Assembly: GCA_038087875.1 (NCBI GenBank)
Contig: CM075990.1
Location: 11,720,001 to 11,784,000 of the forward strand
DNA: 64,000 nt
Origin: Malacoraja senta
Taxonomy: Eukaryota
Direction of reading: 5' to 3'
Positions 13,194 to 24,917 of this stretch are shown here, in pieces. Position numbers and translations under genes: made by a program. How positions within the stretch are numbered: the stretch's first letter is position 1; every line of letters starts with the position of its first letter. A model generated the notes under the pieces. It did no database searches. It was not told where the DNA came from and was given only the letters and a program-made list of their open reading frames with translations.

Positions 13194-13509
13194 ACACTGG
13201 CTGAGCTGGTAGAGTTGCTGCCTCACAGCGCCAAAGATCTGGGTACGATCCTGACTTTGGGTGCTGTCTGTGTGGAGTTTGCACGTTCCCGCTGTGACCG
13301 CATGGGTTTCCTCCGGGTGCTCTGGTTTCCTCCCACATCCAAAAGATGAGCTGCTTTGTAGATTATTTGGCCTCTGTAAAAGGACCTTCGTGTGTAGGGA
13401 GTGGATGAGAAAGTGGGATAATATGGAGCCAGTGTGAACCGGTGATCGGTGGTCAGCGTGGACTTGGTAGACCAAAGGTTCTGTTTCCATGCTGTATTTC
13501 TAAACTAAA
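13194..13509 (+). mobile_element. V-SINE (older subfamily)
   Basis: Head, V-domain and tail present. Confidence 0.8.
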
Positions 13510-13639
13510 GTGTCTAGGTGTAACATCTCAACCAAAAGGGGTCGCGTTTCAAAGGGAAGCTGTGCTGTTACTGTTATGTCTGCTGTCCCAGTACTCTCTA
13601 GAATGGAAACACCTGCTGTAGAAGGTGAGGGGAGAAAGA

Positions 13640-14266
13640 TCAAGCTGGAAAGTGTACAGAGAAGAATTACGAGGATGTTGCCAGGACTAGAGGGTGTGAG
13701 CTATAGGGAGAGGTTGAGTAGGCTGGGACTCTATTCCTTGGAGCGCAGAAGGGTGAGGGGTGATCTCATTGTTTAAGAAGGAACTGCAGATGCTGGAAAA
13801 TCGAAGGTAGACAAAAATGCTGGAGAAACTCAGCGGGTGCAGCAGCATCTGTGGAGCGAAGGAAATAGGCAAAGTTTCGGGCCGAAACCCTTCTTCAGAC
13901 TGATCTCATTGAGGTGTTTAAAATCATGAGAGGAATAGATCAGGTAGATGCACCGACTCTCTTGCCCAGAGTAGGTGAGTCGAGGACCTGAGGACAAAGG
14001 TTTAAGGTGAAGGGGAAAAGATTTAATTGGAATCTATGGGGTAACTTTTTCACACAAAGGATGGTGGGTGTATGGAACGAGCTACCAGAAGAGGTGGTTG
14101 AGGCAGGGACAATCCCAATGTTTCAGAAACAATTAGACAGGTGTATAGAGAGGACAGGTTCGGTGGGATATGGACCAAACGTGGGCAGGTGGGACCAGTG
14201 TAGCTGGGACATGTTGTGGGCAAGTTGGACCAAATGGGTTGTTTCCATGCTGTATCACTCTATAAC
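13640..14266 (+). mobile_element. CR1 (HER1-like) LINE 3' fragment
   Basis: [43 protein letters not shown] and GNFFTQRMVGVWNELPEEVVEAGT. Confidence 0.9.
13771..13900 (-). mobile_element. Penelope terminal repeat (subfamily B) inserted in CR1
   Basis: TSD TGATCTCATT at 13761-13770 and 13901-13910. Confidence 0.9.
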
Positions 14267-14736
14267 TCCGCCATTGTTTTGTCTGGCGCTTTTCCATGCA
14301 ATGGCATATCTCCATCGGTGGGGCCAGTGGAGCTGGAATTGTGAGTGTAATAGCAATTACCCAAATGGTCACATCTCATCCTGTTATCTGTTCGTACATT
14401 TGATGCCTATAGTTGACATTTCACATCATTGAAATGCTTTGTTTCTTGCTCCCTGTTTTACTCTAATGGATTATCTTATTATTGATAAAAGAGCAGTCCT
14501 TATTCTTTTTCTCCTGTTCCTCCGTTGATCTGCCAACTCCCCCAGGGAAAGCACAAAGCAGGGCTGACTTACTGTCCTACAGCATTGCTGTCTATCACCC
14601 AGTGCTATTAGTATCCCCCCCCCACAGGGCAGGATTAAAGAGACAAACGTCGGTAGTGTAGATACCGGCATTCTCAACATTGCTATGGATTCTTATCGGA
14701 AAGGCAACAAAAAAAAAGAAGCAATGCTGGAAATTA

Positions 14737-15042
14737 ATTTAGTTCAGAGATATAGCGCGAAAACAGGACCTTTGGCCCACTGGATCCGTGCCGACCAGCG
14801 ATCCCGCACATTAACACTATCCGACACACACTCGGGACAATGTTTACTTTCACCAAGCCAATTTACCTACATTCCTGTCCGTCTTTGGAGTGTGGGAGGA
14901 AACCGAAGATCTTGGAGAAAACCCACGAGGTCACGGGGAGACCGTACGTATAGACGGCGCCCGTAGTCGGGATCGAACCTGGGTCTCCGGTGCTGCAAGC
15001 GCTGTAAGGCAGCAACTCTACTGCTGCGCCGTCGTGCCGCCC
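14737..15042 (-). mobile_element. V-SINE
   Basis: Full-length family match. Confidence 0.9.
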
Positions 15043-15265
15043 CTGCATCATCTGTGGTCACAGGGAGAGCGTGCAAACTCCACACGGACAGCACCAGAGG
15101 TCAGGATTGATCTCCAGCGTGTTTCTGGAGCTATGAAGCTGCAGCTCTTGGCTATGCCACTGTTCCACACTGTTGGAGCTGCTACACTACCTCAATGTGT
15201 CCCAAAGCACCTTACAGCCAGTGGAGCATTTCTAACATGTAGTCTCCCATCGTAATGGTGAAGTG

Positions 15266-15571
15266 GTTTAGTTTAGAGATACAGCACAGAACGGGTCCTT
15301 CGGCCCACAGAGTGTGCGCAGAACGAGCGATCCCCACACACAAACTTTATCCTACACACTAGGAACAAGTTACACATTTTACCGAAGCCAATTAGCCTGC
15401 AAATGTGTACGTCTTTGGAGTGTGGGAGGAAAATGCAGCACCAGGAGAAAACTTCCACAGGTCACGGGGAGAACGTACAAACTCCATATAGACAGCACCC
15501 ATAGTCAGGATTGAACCTGGGTATCTGGCGTTGTAAGGCAGCAGCTCTACCGCTACACAACCATGCCGCCC
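15266..15571 (-). mobile_element. V-SINE
   Basis: Full-length family match. Confidence 0.85.
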
Positions 15572-15615
15572 CGATCAATTTGCCCAGAGCAACTCCCCCA
15601 AGTTTCAGTGTGATG

Positions 15616-15742
15616 GAAAGAACTGCAGATGCTGGTTTAAATCGAGGGTAGACACAAAATCCTGGAGTAACTCAGCGGGACAGGCGGCATCTCTGGAGAG
15701 AAGGAATGAGTGACGTTTTGGGTCGAGACCCTTCTTCAGACT
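15616..15742 (-). mobile_element. Penelope terminal repeat (subfamily A)
   Basis: GGAGTAACTCAGCGGGACAGG...GGGTCGAGACCCTTCTTCAGACT. Confidence 0.8.
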
Positions 15743-16204
15743 GATGATGTCTAGATTATGTCATAGGGGATAAATATTGGGTAGAACAGCAGGAATAAAC
15801 CCCTTTCTCTTCCAAAGTTTGCCCTGACAATTTCTGGTCCACAGGATGGAATAAACCGGACTTAACTCATTGAGAGGGGACTCCCCTGACAGTACTCCAC
15901 TCCCTTGGCAGTGCTAGAGACCGTCAACTCAGATTTTATACTCCAATCTCTCAAATGGAAGTTGAATGTGCAACCCTTGCAATAATCTTGAAACATTGAA
16001 AGAAAGCCAATCACTTAATATTGTATACCTTAAAATAAATTTGCAAGCATGTCTGTCCATTCTCAAGCAATTGAATTTTGCTTGATCTGCAAATATTTAT
16101 TGAAAACAGTTCATGTTTGTAGTTTAATAGGAGCTCCTTGACAGTGCTATAATGTAAGTAGTGATTTCTTTTGAGGGATGCATCTCTGAGCAAAGATCCC
16201 AGGT

Positions 16205-16362
16205 TGGGCACTAAATGCTGGAGTAACTCAGCAGGACAGCAGTCTGAAGGAGGGTCTCGACCCGAAATGTCTTCTCTCCAGAGATGCTGCGTGGCCTGGG
16301 CTGCTCCAACATTTTGTGTCTATCTTCGGTTTAAACCAGCATCTGCAGTTCCTTCCTACATG
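16205..16362 (+). mobile_element. Penelope terminal repeat with inverted 5' piece
   Basis: TSD AAGATCCCAGGT at 16193-16204 and 16363-16374. Confidence 0.85.
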
Positions 16363-16513
16363 AAGATCCCAGGTGTTTTATAAAGGACAGAATGGGTTGC
16401 CATTTACTTGTGTTGACTTCAAGAGACTTCCCCTTTGCATGCTGTGTCCTTGGCACAAAGCTAGGTGTTTGTGATGTTCTGAGAACACTCAAGAGAATGG
16501 GTGAGGAGGGAAT

Positions 16514-16800
16514 GGGCGGTGGCGTAGCGGTAGAGCTACTGTCTTACAGCGCCAGTGACGCGGGTTCGATCCTGACTACGGGGACTTGTCTGTATGGAAT
16601 TTGTACGTTTTCCCCATGACCTGCTTGGGTTTTCTCCGAGATCTTCGGTGGCCTCCCACACTCAGAAGACGTACAGGTTTGTAGGTTAATTGGCTTGGTA
16701 AAAATGTAAAATTGGCCCTGGTGTGTAGGGTAGTGTTAATGTGTCGGTCGGTGCGGACTCGGTGGGCCGAAGGGCCTGTTTCCACGCTGTATCTCTAAAC
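16514..16800 (+). mobile_element. V-SINE
   Basis: Family match. Confidence 0.85.
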
Positions 16801-17031
16801 CAAGACAGAGACAAAACCTCTGTACCATTACAAAATAGCATTGTAGGTTTTGTTTAGCTCGACATGAGCTTTGACTTGACACTTAACATATCATCTAAAA
16901 GACAGCTCCTCCAACAGTGCAACGCTCTCGCAGCCCAGTCAGGGAATCTCGGCCTGAATTGCCCTCTTTAATCTCCAGAAGGAAGGTTGCACCCATAACC
17001 TTCCCGCTCCCACTCTGACACGAAGCCAGGA

Positions 17032-17475
17032 ATGAGGGGGTTAGTGTACGCTGAGCATTTGACAGCATTGGGCCTCTACTCGCTGGAGTTTAGAAGATTG
17101 AGGGGAGACCTCATTGAAACTTACAGAATAATGAAAGGCATAGATAGGGTGAATGTGGAAAGGATGTTTCCATGGGTGGGACAGTCCAGGACCAGAGGTC
17201 ACAGCCTCAGAATTAAAGGGCGCTCTTTTAGAAAGGAGGTGAGGAGGAACTTCTTTAGTCGGAGGGTAGTTAATCTGTGGAACTGTGGAGGGCTGTGGAG
17301 GCCAGGTCAGTGGATATTATTAAGGCAGAGATAGACAAATTCTTGATTAGAACAGGTGTCAAAGGTTATGGGGAGAAGGCAGGAAAATAGGATTAGGAGG
17401 CAGAGATCAGCCATGATTGAATGGCGGAGATGGCTCAATGGGGTGAATGGCTTAATTCTACCCCTATAACTTGTG
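17032..17475 (+). mobile_element. CR1 LINE 3' fragment
   Basis: LGLYSLEFRRLRGDLIETYRIMKGIDRV...SRTRGHSLRIKGRSFRKEVRRNFFSRRVVNLWN. Confidence 0.9.
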
Positions 17476-17808
17476 TAAGCTACAGTTGATACGACCTACA
17501 CTGATATCAACAGCATTAACAAGAGTGCTGCCTTTTCTATTACAATATTTTGACAGGCGTTAGCGATGATAGCTAGGTTTGAGCAAGGCATTTAGATTTA
17601 AATGCACCAAACTGTCATCAACATTGCAAAATAAAAAAAATTGTTACAGTAACTGTCAAACTTACACAAGAATGTTGCAGGGAGCTGGCTGTATTAGAAA
17701 TAACAAACATGTGTATTTACTTGTGAAACATCACATCAGTTTATGACTGGCTTGTATGATAAATGACTGAAACGTTGTGTAATGAAAACAGCTACCAGAC
17801 ACACTTAC

Positions 17809-17872
17809 TCCCCGAAGCCCATTGACATTGTACGGTTGTAGTGAGGATGGATTTGATGTTATTAAACAGAAG
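17809..17872 (-). other. Candidate 64-nt exon
   Basis: tcatttgcattccacacaacag| ... GGA|gtaagt on the minus strand. Confidence 0.3.
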
Positions 17873-18251
17873 CTGTTGTGTGGAATGCAAATGACAATAG
17901 TGTGTCAGGACATTGGCTGCGCCTGAGGATGTTTGGGCCAGGAGTCCCGTGTGACTGACAAATAACGTCCACGGGAAGTTTTGTTTGGTTTAGAGATACA
18001 GCGTGGAAACAGGCCCACCGGATCCACGCCGACCAGCGATCCCTGCATACTAACACGATCCTATGTTATCCAAGTGTTCTGCCTGTTGAAGCATCCACAT
18101 GTTGAGACTTTGATCCACCGACTGTAAGTAGAGGAGTGGTTTTCAATCCTCCAAGAATGTCGCCAGCGAGTGACGGGGCATGGAGTAGAACAAGTAGTTG
18201 GGTCTTCAGCAGGTGCCGGTGGGTAACGATGAATGGCTCCGATGCAGCACA

Positions 18252-18648
18252 ATCATCACCATCATCAGCGGTCACTCGAAACGAGTATGACTGTCCTCTC
18301 ATGGAGGACACCTGGGCGTGACTTTGTTTAACGAGCGGAGACTGGTGCACAGACAGCCACCACACCGTCCTTGACAGATCTGGGTCAAAATCCAGTGGCA
18401 TGGAATCCAAGACGACCGGCCTTCATCCGCCTTCCCAGCCGTTGTGACGCTCCACTAAGGTCAGCCATCATCCTCCGCCAGTTCCACCGTTGAGGTCTTG
18501 GTTGGATTGCTCTTTGTCAGAGACCTCCCCCTCGACCTTACCGCCATGGGTGGCCCTACCAGGAGCATAGCTCCAGACGGCATCGCTCTCAGGATCTCAG
18601 GACCACACAAGCTTCTCCCCCACGACATGGTGACAATCCAAGGAGAAG
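18252..18648 (-). mobile_element. Non-autonomous RTE-derived (bipartite) element
   Basis: 5' end TCACCATGTCGTGGGGGAGAAGCTTG..GGTAGGGCCACCCATGG resembles RTE (Rex3/BovB-type) 5' UTRs; (GAT)n-like tail; no ORF. Confidence 0.6.
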
Positions 18649-18744
18649 AGATGCATTAGTGCAGAGATATTTTGACTCGATTATCTTGAATTGCAATCAT
18701 CGTTATCATTCATGTGAGCCAACTTGCATAAGAAGCTCCAGAGT

Positions 18745-18872
18745 TGAAGAAGGGTCTCAACCCGAAACGTCGCCAATTCCTTCTCTCCATAGATGCTGCC
18801 TCACCTGCTGAGTTTCTCCGCCATTTTGTGTCCACCTTCGATTTTACCAGCAAATGCAGTTCTTTCTTAAAC
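18745..18872 (+). mobile_element. Penelope terminal repeat
   Basis: TSD AAGCTCCAGAGT at 18733-18744 and 18873-18884. Confidence 0.9.
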
Positions 18873-19147
18873 AAGCTCCAGAGTGGAGCAGCTTTGATTG
18901 GGGATCCTTGCGGTGGGAATTTGAATAAATGGGAGATTTATTTATCTCATTCAAGGGATAAAGCCAGAGTGGAACAGTGTTAATTGTGGAACGTTGGAGT
19001 GGGAATTAGAATAAACAGACTTGGATTGTAACTCACTCATGAGGATAAGGCACCATTGACGAGGTCAGCATTTACTGGCCATCCTAATAGCCCCTAAATA
19101 TATACCTTTTCATTCTCACCTAATGGCAGTCCCTACAAAGAGTCTCT

Positions 19148-19446
19148 GAATCCCAGCCACACTCGTCCCACCTGCCTGCGTTCGGTCCATTTCCCACCAA
19201 GCCTGCCCTATCCATGTACCTGTCTAACTGTTTCTTAAATGTTGGGATAGTCCCAGCCTCAACTACCTCCTCTGGCAGAATGTTCCATACACCCACCACC
19301 CTTTGTGTGAAAATGTTACCCCTCATATTTCTATTAAATCTTTTCCCCTTCTTCTTGAACCTGTGTCCTCTGGTCCTCCATTCACCTACTCTGGGCAAGA
19401 GACTCTGTGCATCTACCTGATCCATTCCTCTCATGATTCTATGCAC
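19148..19446 (-). mobile_element. CR1 LINE 3' fragment
   Basis: RTRGHRFKKKGKRFNRNMRGNIFTQRVVGVWNILPEEVVEAGTIPTFKKQLDRYM. Confidence 0.9.
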
Positions 19447-19498
19447 AATCTATCTTCGGTTGACATGGTGAGGATCCACACCAGGTTTTCCTACTTAC

Positions 19499-19613
19499 CA
19501 TTTCACATGCAGAGTATTTGAGTAAAACTGGAATGGGAACCTTTGGAACAGGAGCCAGATCATCCTGTCGTCTGGGTCTGACTTTGGGGCATTGACCATA
19601 ATAAACTTTATAA
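19499..19613 (-). other. Candidate 115-nt exon
   Basis: Branch-like CTAAT, ccttatcttttcag| acceptor and ATG|gtaagt donor; two frames open. Confidence 0.35.
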
Positions 19614-19977
19614 CTGAAAAGATAAGGCCATAACAAAATTAGCATTTGACTTCTTGACATCCTACAGAGTTTAAAGAGAAGAATTGCCCTTCATTTCCTA
19701 GCATCCAGAAGTTTAAAGCAAGTATGGGAATGAATTTAATATTCTGCATGATCAAGCTATTTCATTTAAATACTGACTCTCTGGAGAATTATATAAAAAT
19801 ACACTGAACTTAATTACAGCTCCTTGCAAGCATTTATTTTCGTTGCTGCTTTATTAGTAGTCAAGATTGAATGCACTAATCTTGCAGAGAATTTTCTGAA
19901 TGCTAATCATGGCGAGATCAATCTAACACTTCCTGGTCTCAGTGGGACTATAGTCAGCATATTGGAGTTTGTAATGA

Positions 19978-20150
19978 ACATAGAAAATAGGTGCAGAGGT
20001 AGGCCATTTGGTCCTTCGAGCCAGCACCACCATTCAATATGATCATGGCTGATCATCCAACATCAGTACCCTGTCCCTGCTTCCTCCCCATATCCCTTGA
20101 TTCCGTTAACCCCAAGAGCTAAATCGAACTCTCTCTTGAATACATGGAGT
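19978..20150 (-). mobile_element. CR1 3' end
   Basis: Same 3' UTR as 5757-5960. Confidence 0.75.
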
Positions 20151-20390
20151 AGGAACCTTGTGTACACGTTTCAAGCGTCCACCCAAGTGTAGGGAGAGAG
20201 TTCCTGAATGAAGTCTACGTTCCAGAGGGTCCGTGACATTGTTATCAGTCCTTGCCCTCCTGGCTAGAGAGGTGAAATAGTTGCAGTCATATTCAGAGTG
20301 AATGCAGTATGGTGTGCGACTGTGCATGGGGCCCCTTTGGATTTGGGTAAGATCCTATACGGACATTCAGCCCAACCAGTCCATGCTAGT

Positions 20391-20480
20391 GTGTAGGAAG
20401 GAACTGCAGATGCTGGTTTAAACCGAAAATCAACACAATGCTGGAGTAACTCAGCGGGACAGGTGGCATCTCTGGAGAGA
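20391..20480 (-). mobile_element. 5'-truncated Penelope terminal repeat
   Basis: TSD CCATGCTAGT at 20381-20390 and 20481-20490. Confidence 0.85.
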
Positions 20481-22749
20481 CCATGCTAGTAATTTCCTCC
20501 ACTCAAAATCTTCCCATTTCCATTCTTCCCATTTCACCCTGCTACATCTACCCATGTCCTCTCCACCCTCCCTCATATACTTGTGCAGCCTCAACTCAAA
20601 AACATTCATGCCCTTTGTTGAAGGTCTTCCTGCAGTAATACAGACCACACACTGTAGTAACACGGAACAAACTTCTTTATCCATCTTGATGCCTTGGTGA
20701 TTACCTTCCTCCCAAGGGCAAACAATTGGTTGTGCAATGGGGGAACAGCAGTAGGCATCTGTGAAACTCCCCTTTCCAGCATGGGGCAATGATGTGGGGT
20801 TTGGACACTGGGTCTGTTTGCATGTCTTGGGCTGTGGCAGTGAGCAGAAGATGTCGCTCTTGGTAAATGCATCCATTGAATTATCCCCTGTTTCAGCAGA
20901 TTGACTGTTCTGTTGCTATTCAATATGTAGGCACATGTTTAGAGTCATACAACAGGGAATCAGGCCCCAAGGGTCTGACTGATCCATACTGACCAAGATG
21001 CCTCATCTAAGCTAGTCCCATTTGTCTGCGTTTGGTCTATAACCTTCCAAACCGTAACTATTTCTTTGACTCTCCATGTCATTTAAATGCTGTATTTGCG
21101 TGAATATGTACATCTGTGTGTACTTGGGACATATGTATAACAAGTGCCAGGAATTGTCTGTGTGTGCTGGAGGCCAGAGAAAGGTGGCATTGATTTTGAT
21201 GTCACTTTATCCATTTGAACACTGTATCACGTTGGGGAAATCGATCCAGTTTGAACAGTTTGGTGTCTGTCACGGTGCAGTGCTTGGAAATCCCCCATGT
21301 TAAATGTAGCCTTGATTGGACACTTCATTTTGTTGGACCTGCTTGAAACGATTCTCAATATTTTTTGCATTTTCTGCACCTTGAAGTAGAAAATAATATT
21401 TGATCATGTACTATTGCAGGCAACTAGCACCGTCTGCACTGTAATGATGAGGACTAAACAGTGAGTTGGTAGGATAATGGAATTGCTATCTTTAACAGAT
21501 CAATGTTTGTTTGGCTATACAGAAACCCTGCTGCCATAGATATTGACATGCTTCTAATAGGTAGATCTTTATTCCAATCCTCAGACAGACTGGTGACATC
21601 CATATATTTACATGCACACAGACACAACATGCACAAGTCAAAATGTGTCGGGAGGAACTGCAGAGGCTGGTTTAAAGCGAAGGCAGATGCAAAAGGCTGG
21701 AGTAACTCAGCAGATTAGGCAGCATCTCTGGAGAAAATGAACAGGTGAGGTTTTGGGTCGAGCCCCTTCTCCAGACCGAGGGTAAGGGGAGTGGGAGATG
21801 TAGACGGTACTTGGGATAAACGAATGGAAGATATGCAGAAAGCAACGATAAGTGAGGAAATGTGTCTGCTGTGCTTGGATGTATGCCGGCTGATGATGTC
21901 ACATGACCTGGTGGTGAATCTGTGGTGAGTCAATGGATATTGTTAAGGCAGAGATAGATAGATTCTTGATTAGTACGGGTGTCAGGCGTCATAGTGAGAT
22001 GGCAGGGGAATGGGGTTAGGAGGGAGAGATAGATCAGCCATGATTGAATGGCGGAGTTGACAATGGGCCGAATTCTGCTCCTATCACTTATGACCTTATG
22101 ACCTCCAACTACCCTCTTCCAAACTCCCCACGTTGGTTGCCCAACATGTCCATCCTACAGAATCTCTTTCACCCAGAGCCAAAAGAACTCCTCTCCATTA
22201 CCCACTTATGTTGCCCATGAGTGTTCTTGAACTTTAATTACGCTGCTATGTTTTCCTTGCTTGGATATGTTCATCCCAAGGGCTCAAGCAGAGATATTTC
22301 AGGGCTGCACTTTTTAACTGCTCGTATGAGTATTTTCTCCCAGGTTTGAGCAGAGTTAAGATGGCCCTTTATCTGTCTGAGCTCGCTGATCCACACCGGT
22401 TTCCAGTTAAACAGCGCCCATCTTTTAAAATTCTCACTCGTGTTTTCAAATGTTCTCGCCCTCTCCCTCGCACGGACTTGTTCCTTCACTCATACTGTCG
22501 TTCTTGCCTCAAAGTATTGGATGGCACAGCGGTAGAGTTGCTGCCTTACAGTGCCAGATACACGGATTCAATCCTGACTACGGTTGCTATCTGTGCAAAG
22601 TTTGTACGTTCTCCCTGTGACTGCGTGGTTTTGCTCCGGGCGCTCCGGTTTCCTCCCACCCTCTAAATTTCTATTACAAATCTCAAATTGTGGAGTACAG
22701 AGGCAAATAAATACATGATGGGTCTTTGTCCCAAACATTATGGAGGTCA

Positions 22750-24915
22750 CTCTACCTCTTCTTCCCAGCATTTGATCATCTGTCCTGGCATCGCCTTGTC
22801 GCACACTGCCAAATTTTGCTTGATAATTCTCCAGTGAAGTGCCTTGGGCTGTTTTGCTATGTTAAGGGAACTATATCAATACAAGGTGTTGTTCTTGGCA
22901 TAAGACCACACACACTTGTGGGGAATTGCACGCACAGACTTGCACCAGGTTTCTGCGGCACTGCACTTGTTAGTAAGTAGTGCTTTGAGTCTGCCCCTTG
23001 TGTTCAAAGGGATTGTTTCCTCTCCAAAGATTCAGTCATGTCCCTGATGGTCCGCAGAGATTAGAGACGCCAGGCGTCCATGAATCAGCTGGGAAAATAC
23101 ATCGGGATACATAGGGATAGTGGAAAAACTCTCACCCAGAGAGTTGTGAATCTGTGGAATTCTCTGCCTCAGAAGGTAGTGGAGGCCAATTCTCTGGATG
23201 CTTTCAAGAGAGAGGTAGATAGAGCTCTTAAAGAAAGTGGAGTAAAGGGATATGGGGAGAAGGCAGGAACGGGGTAGTGATTGTGGATGATCAGCCATGA
23301 TCACAGTGAATGGCAGTGTTGACTTGAAGGGCCAAATGGCCTGCTCCTGCACCTATTGTCTATTGTCTAAAATAAAATAAGATATCTAGGGTTTTTAATA
23401 AAAATTGGAAATGAATACTGGAGGCATGGGCAGGAGAGATGGGGGCAGAGCAATGTCTTACCATCGTTACAGCAAATACATGGCATTTAAGAGGCTTTTA
23501 GATGGACATGGCACATGGATATGCAAGGAATGGATCGCGTGCTGGCAGATGAGATTACTCTACCTTGACATCATTGTGGGCCTGTTCCTGCCTGCAAAAG
23601 GCAAAGCATAATCCGCAGTAAACATGTAGCCTGTGAAGAATAATTCCAGTCCACACCCACTCGCCCCACCAAGACTGTGAACAAAGGCATTTGATGTTTG
23701 GTGCATTTACCTCTGATAAACATGGCAATTAAGCAAGGCTTGAGTGAATCTGAATGTTTGAGTCCAATAAAGTGTTATTTAACCCACCGTGCAACAGGCC
23801 CAGGGTGGTTTTCTAACTTGCCTGCGCTCTGTTCAAAGCTTCAGTCCCTCCAGGCAACAACCTTGCAAGAAAACATACGGACTAAAGTCTATACACGGTC
23901 TAATCGGACTAAGCAAGATGAGGAAGGCTGTTCTGCCCTTTGAACCTGTTGCTTCAGTCAGTGTAGGGTGATATGTAAACTCTGGTTGCTTCCAAGGTAG
24001 ACAAAAATGCTGGAGAAACTCAGCGGGTGAGGCAGCATCTATGGAGCAAAGGAAATAGGCAACGTTTCGGACTGAAACCTTTCTTCCATTCCCTTGCCCA
24101 AGTTGAAAGTGATAGTCATACAACACAGGCCCTTCGGCCCTACTCTTCCATGCTGACTGAAATGCCCCGTCTCATGTTTGGCCCATATCCCTCTAGACCC
24201 TTCCCGTCTATGTAGCCGTCCAAATGTCTTGACGATATTATTATAATCTCCAAGCTTCTGGTCGACACAGGTCATAAACAATTATTTTTAGAGAGATTTC
24301 CAGGTTTCTATTGCTTTTTGGAAAGTAATTCTGGACAATAACTGAACATATAATTAATACATTATATAAAATGCAAAAATAAGTGTGGTACGCGGCATGA
24401 CTATGGCTGGAGGAGATATTGGAAGAATTGTACTTGCCCTCTGCATTGGAGTTGCAAGTAACGATGTATAACAGCATCTGCTTGAAGCATGAAAGGGGCA
24501 CTCATCTTAAACTCCCTGTACCAAAACGCAGTTGTCTGAGCTGTTTTAATTATTAAACTAAGTCGCGTCTTTGTGGGGAGTTGGATCCAACAATGGATTC
24601 TTAAACATAAACCTTTGAGCTGCACCGTACGCTGCATGGTGGCGCAGTGGTAGAGTTGCTGCCTTGCAGCACTTACAGTGCCAGAGACCCTGTTTCGATC
24701 CTGACTACCGGTGCTTGTCTGTACGGAGTCTGTACCTTCTCCCCGTGACCTGCGTGCGTTTTCTCTGGGATCTCCAATTTCCTCCCATACTTCAAAGACG
24801 TACGGGTTTGTGGGTTAAATAGCTTTGGTAAATTCACTATTGGCAGATGTTTAGTTACCTTGGCCCCAAACTTTGAAATAGCTTCCTTTAAACCTCTGCC
24901 TAACCTCCTCATTAG
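22750..24915 (+). repeat. Tandem segmental duplication, unit 1
   Basis: Collinear with 24918-27350 apart from TE indels. Confidence 0.9.
23127..23370 (+). mobile_element. CR1 3' end
   Basis: TQRVVNLWNSLPQKVVEANSLDAFKREVDRALKESGVKGYGEKAGTG; absent from unit 2. Confidence 0.85.
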
Positions 24916-24917
24916 AA

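Noticed and set aside
23698..23943. Paired 81-aa ORFs, with 26565-26810
   Set aside because: Similarity is explained by the tandem duplication; non-ATG start and no homology
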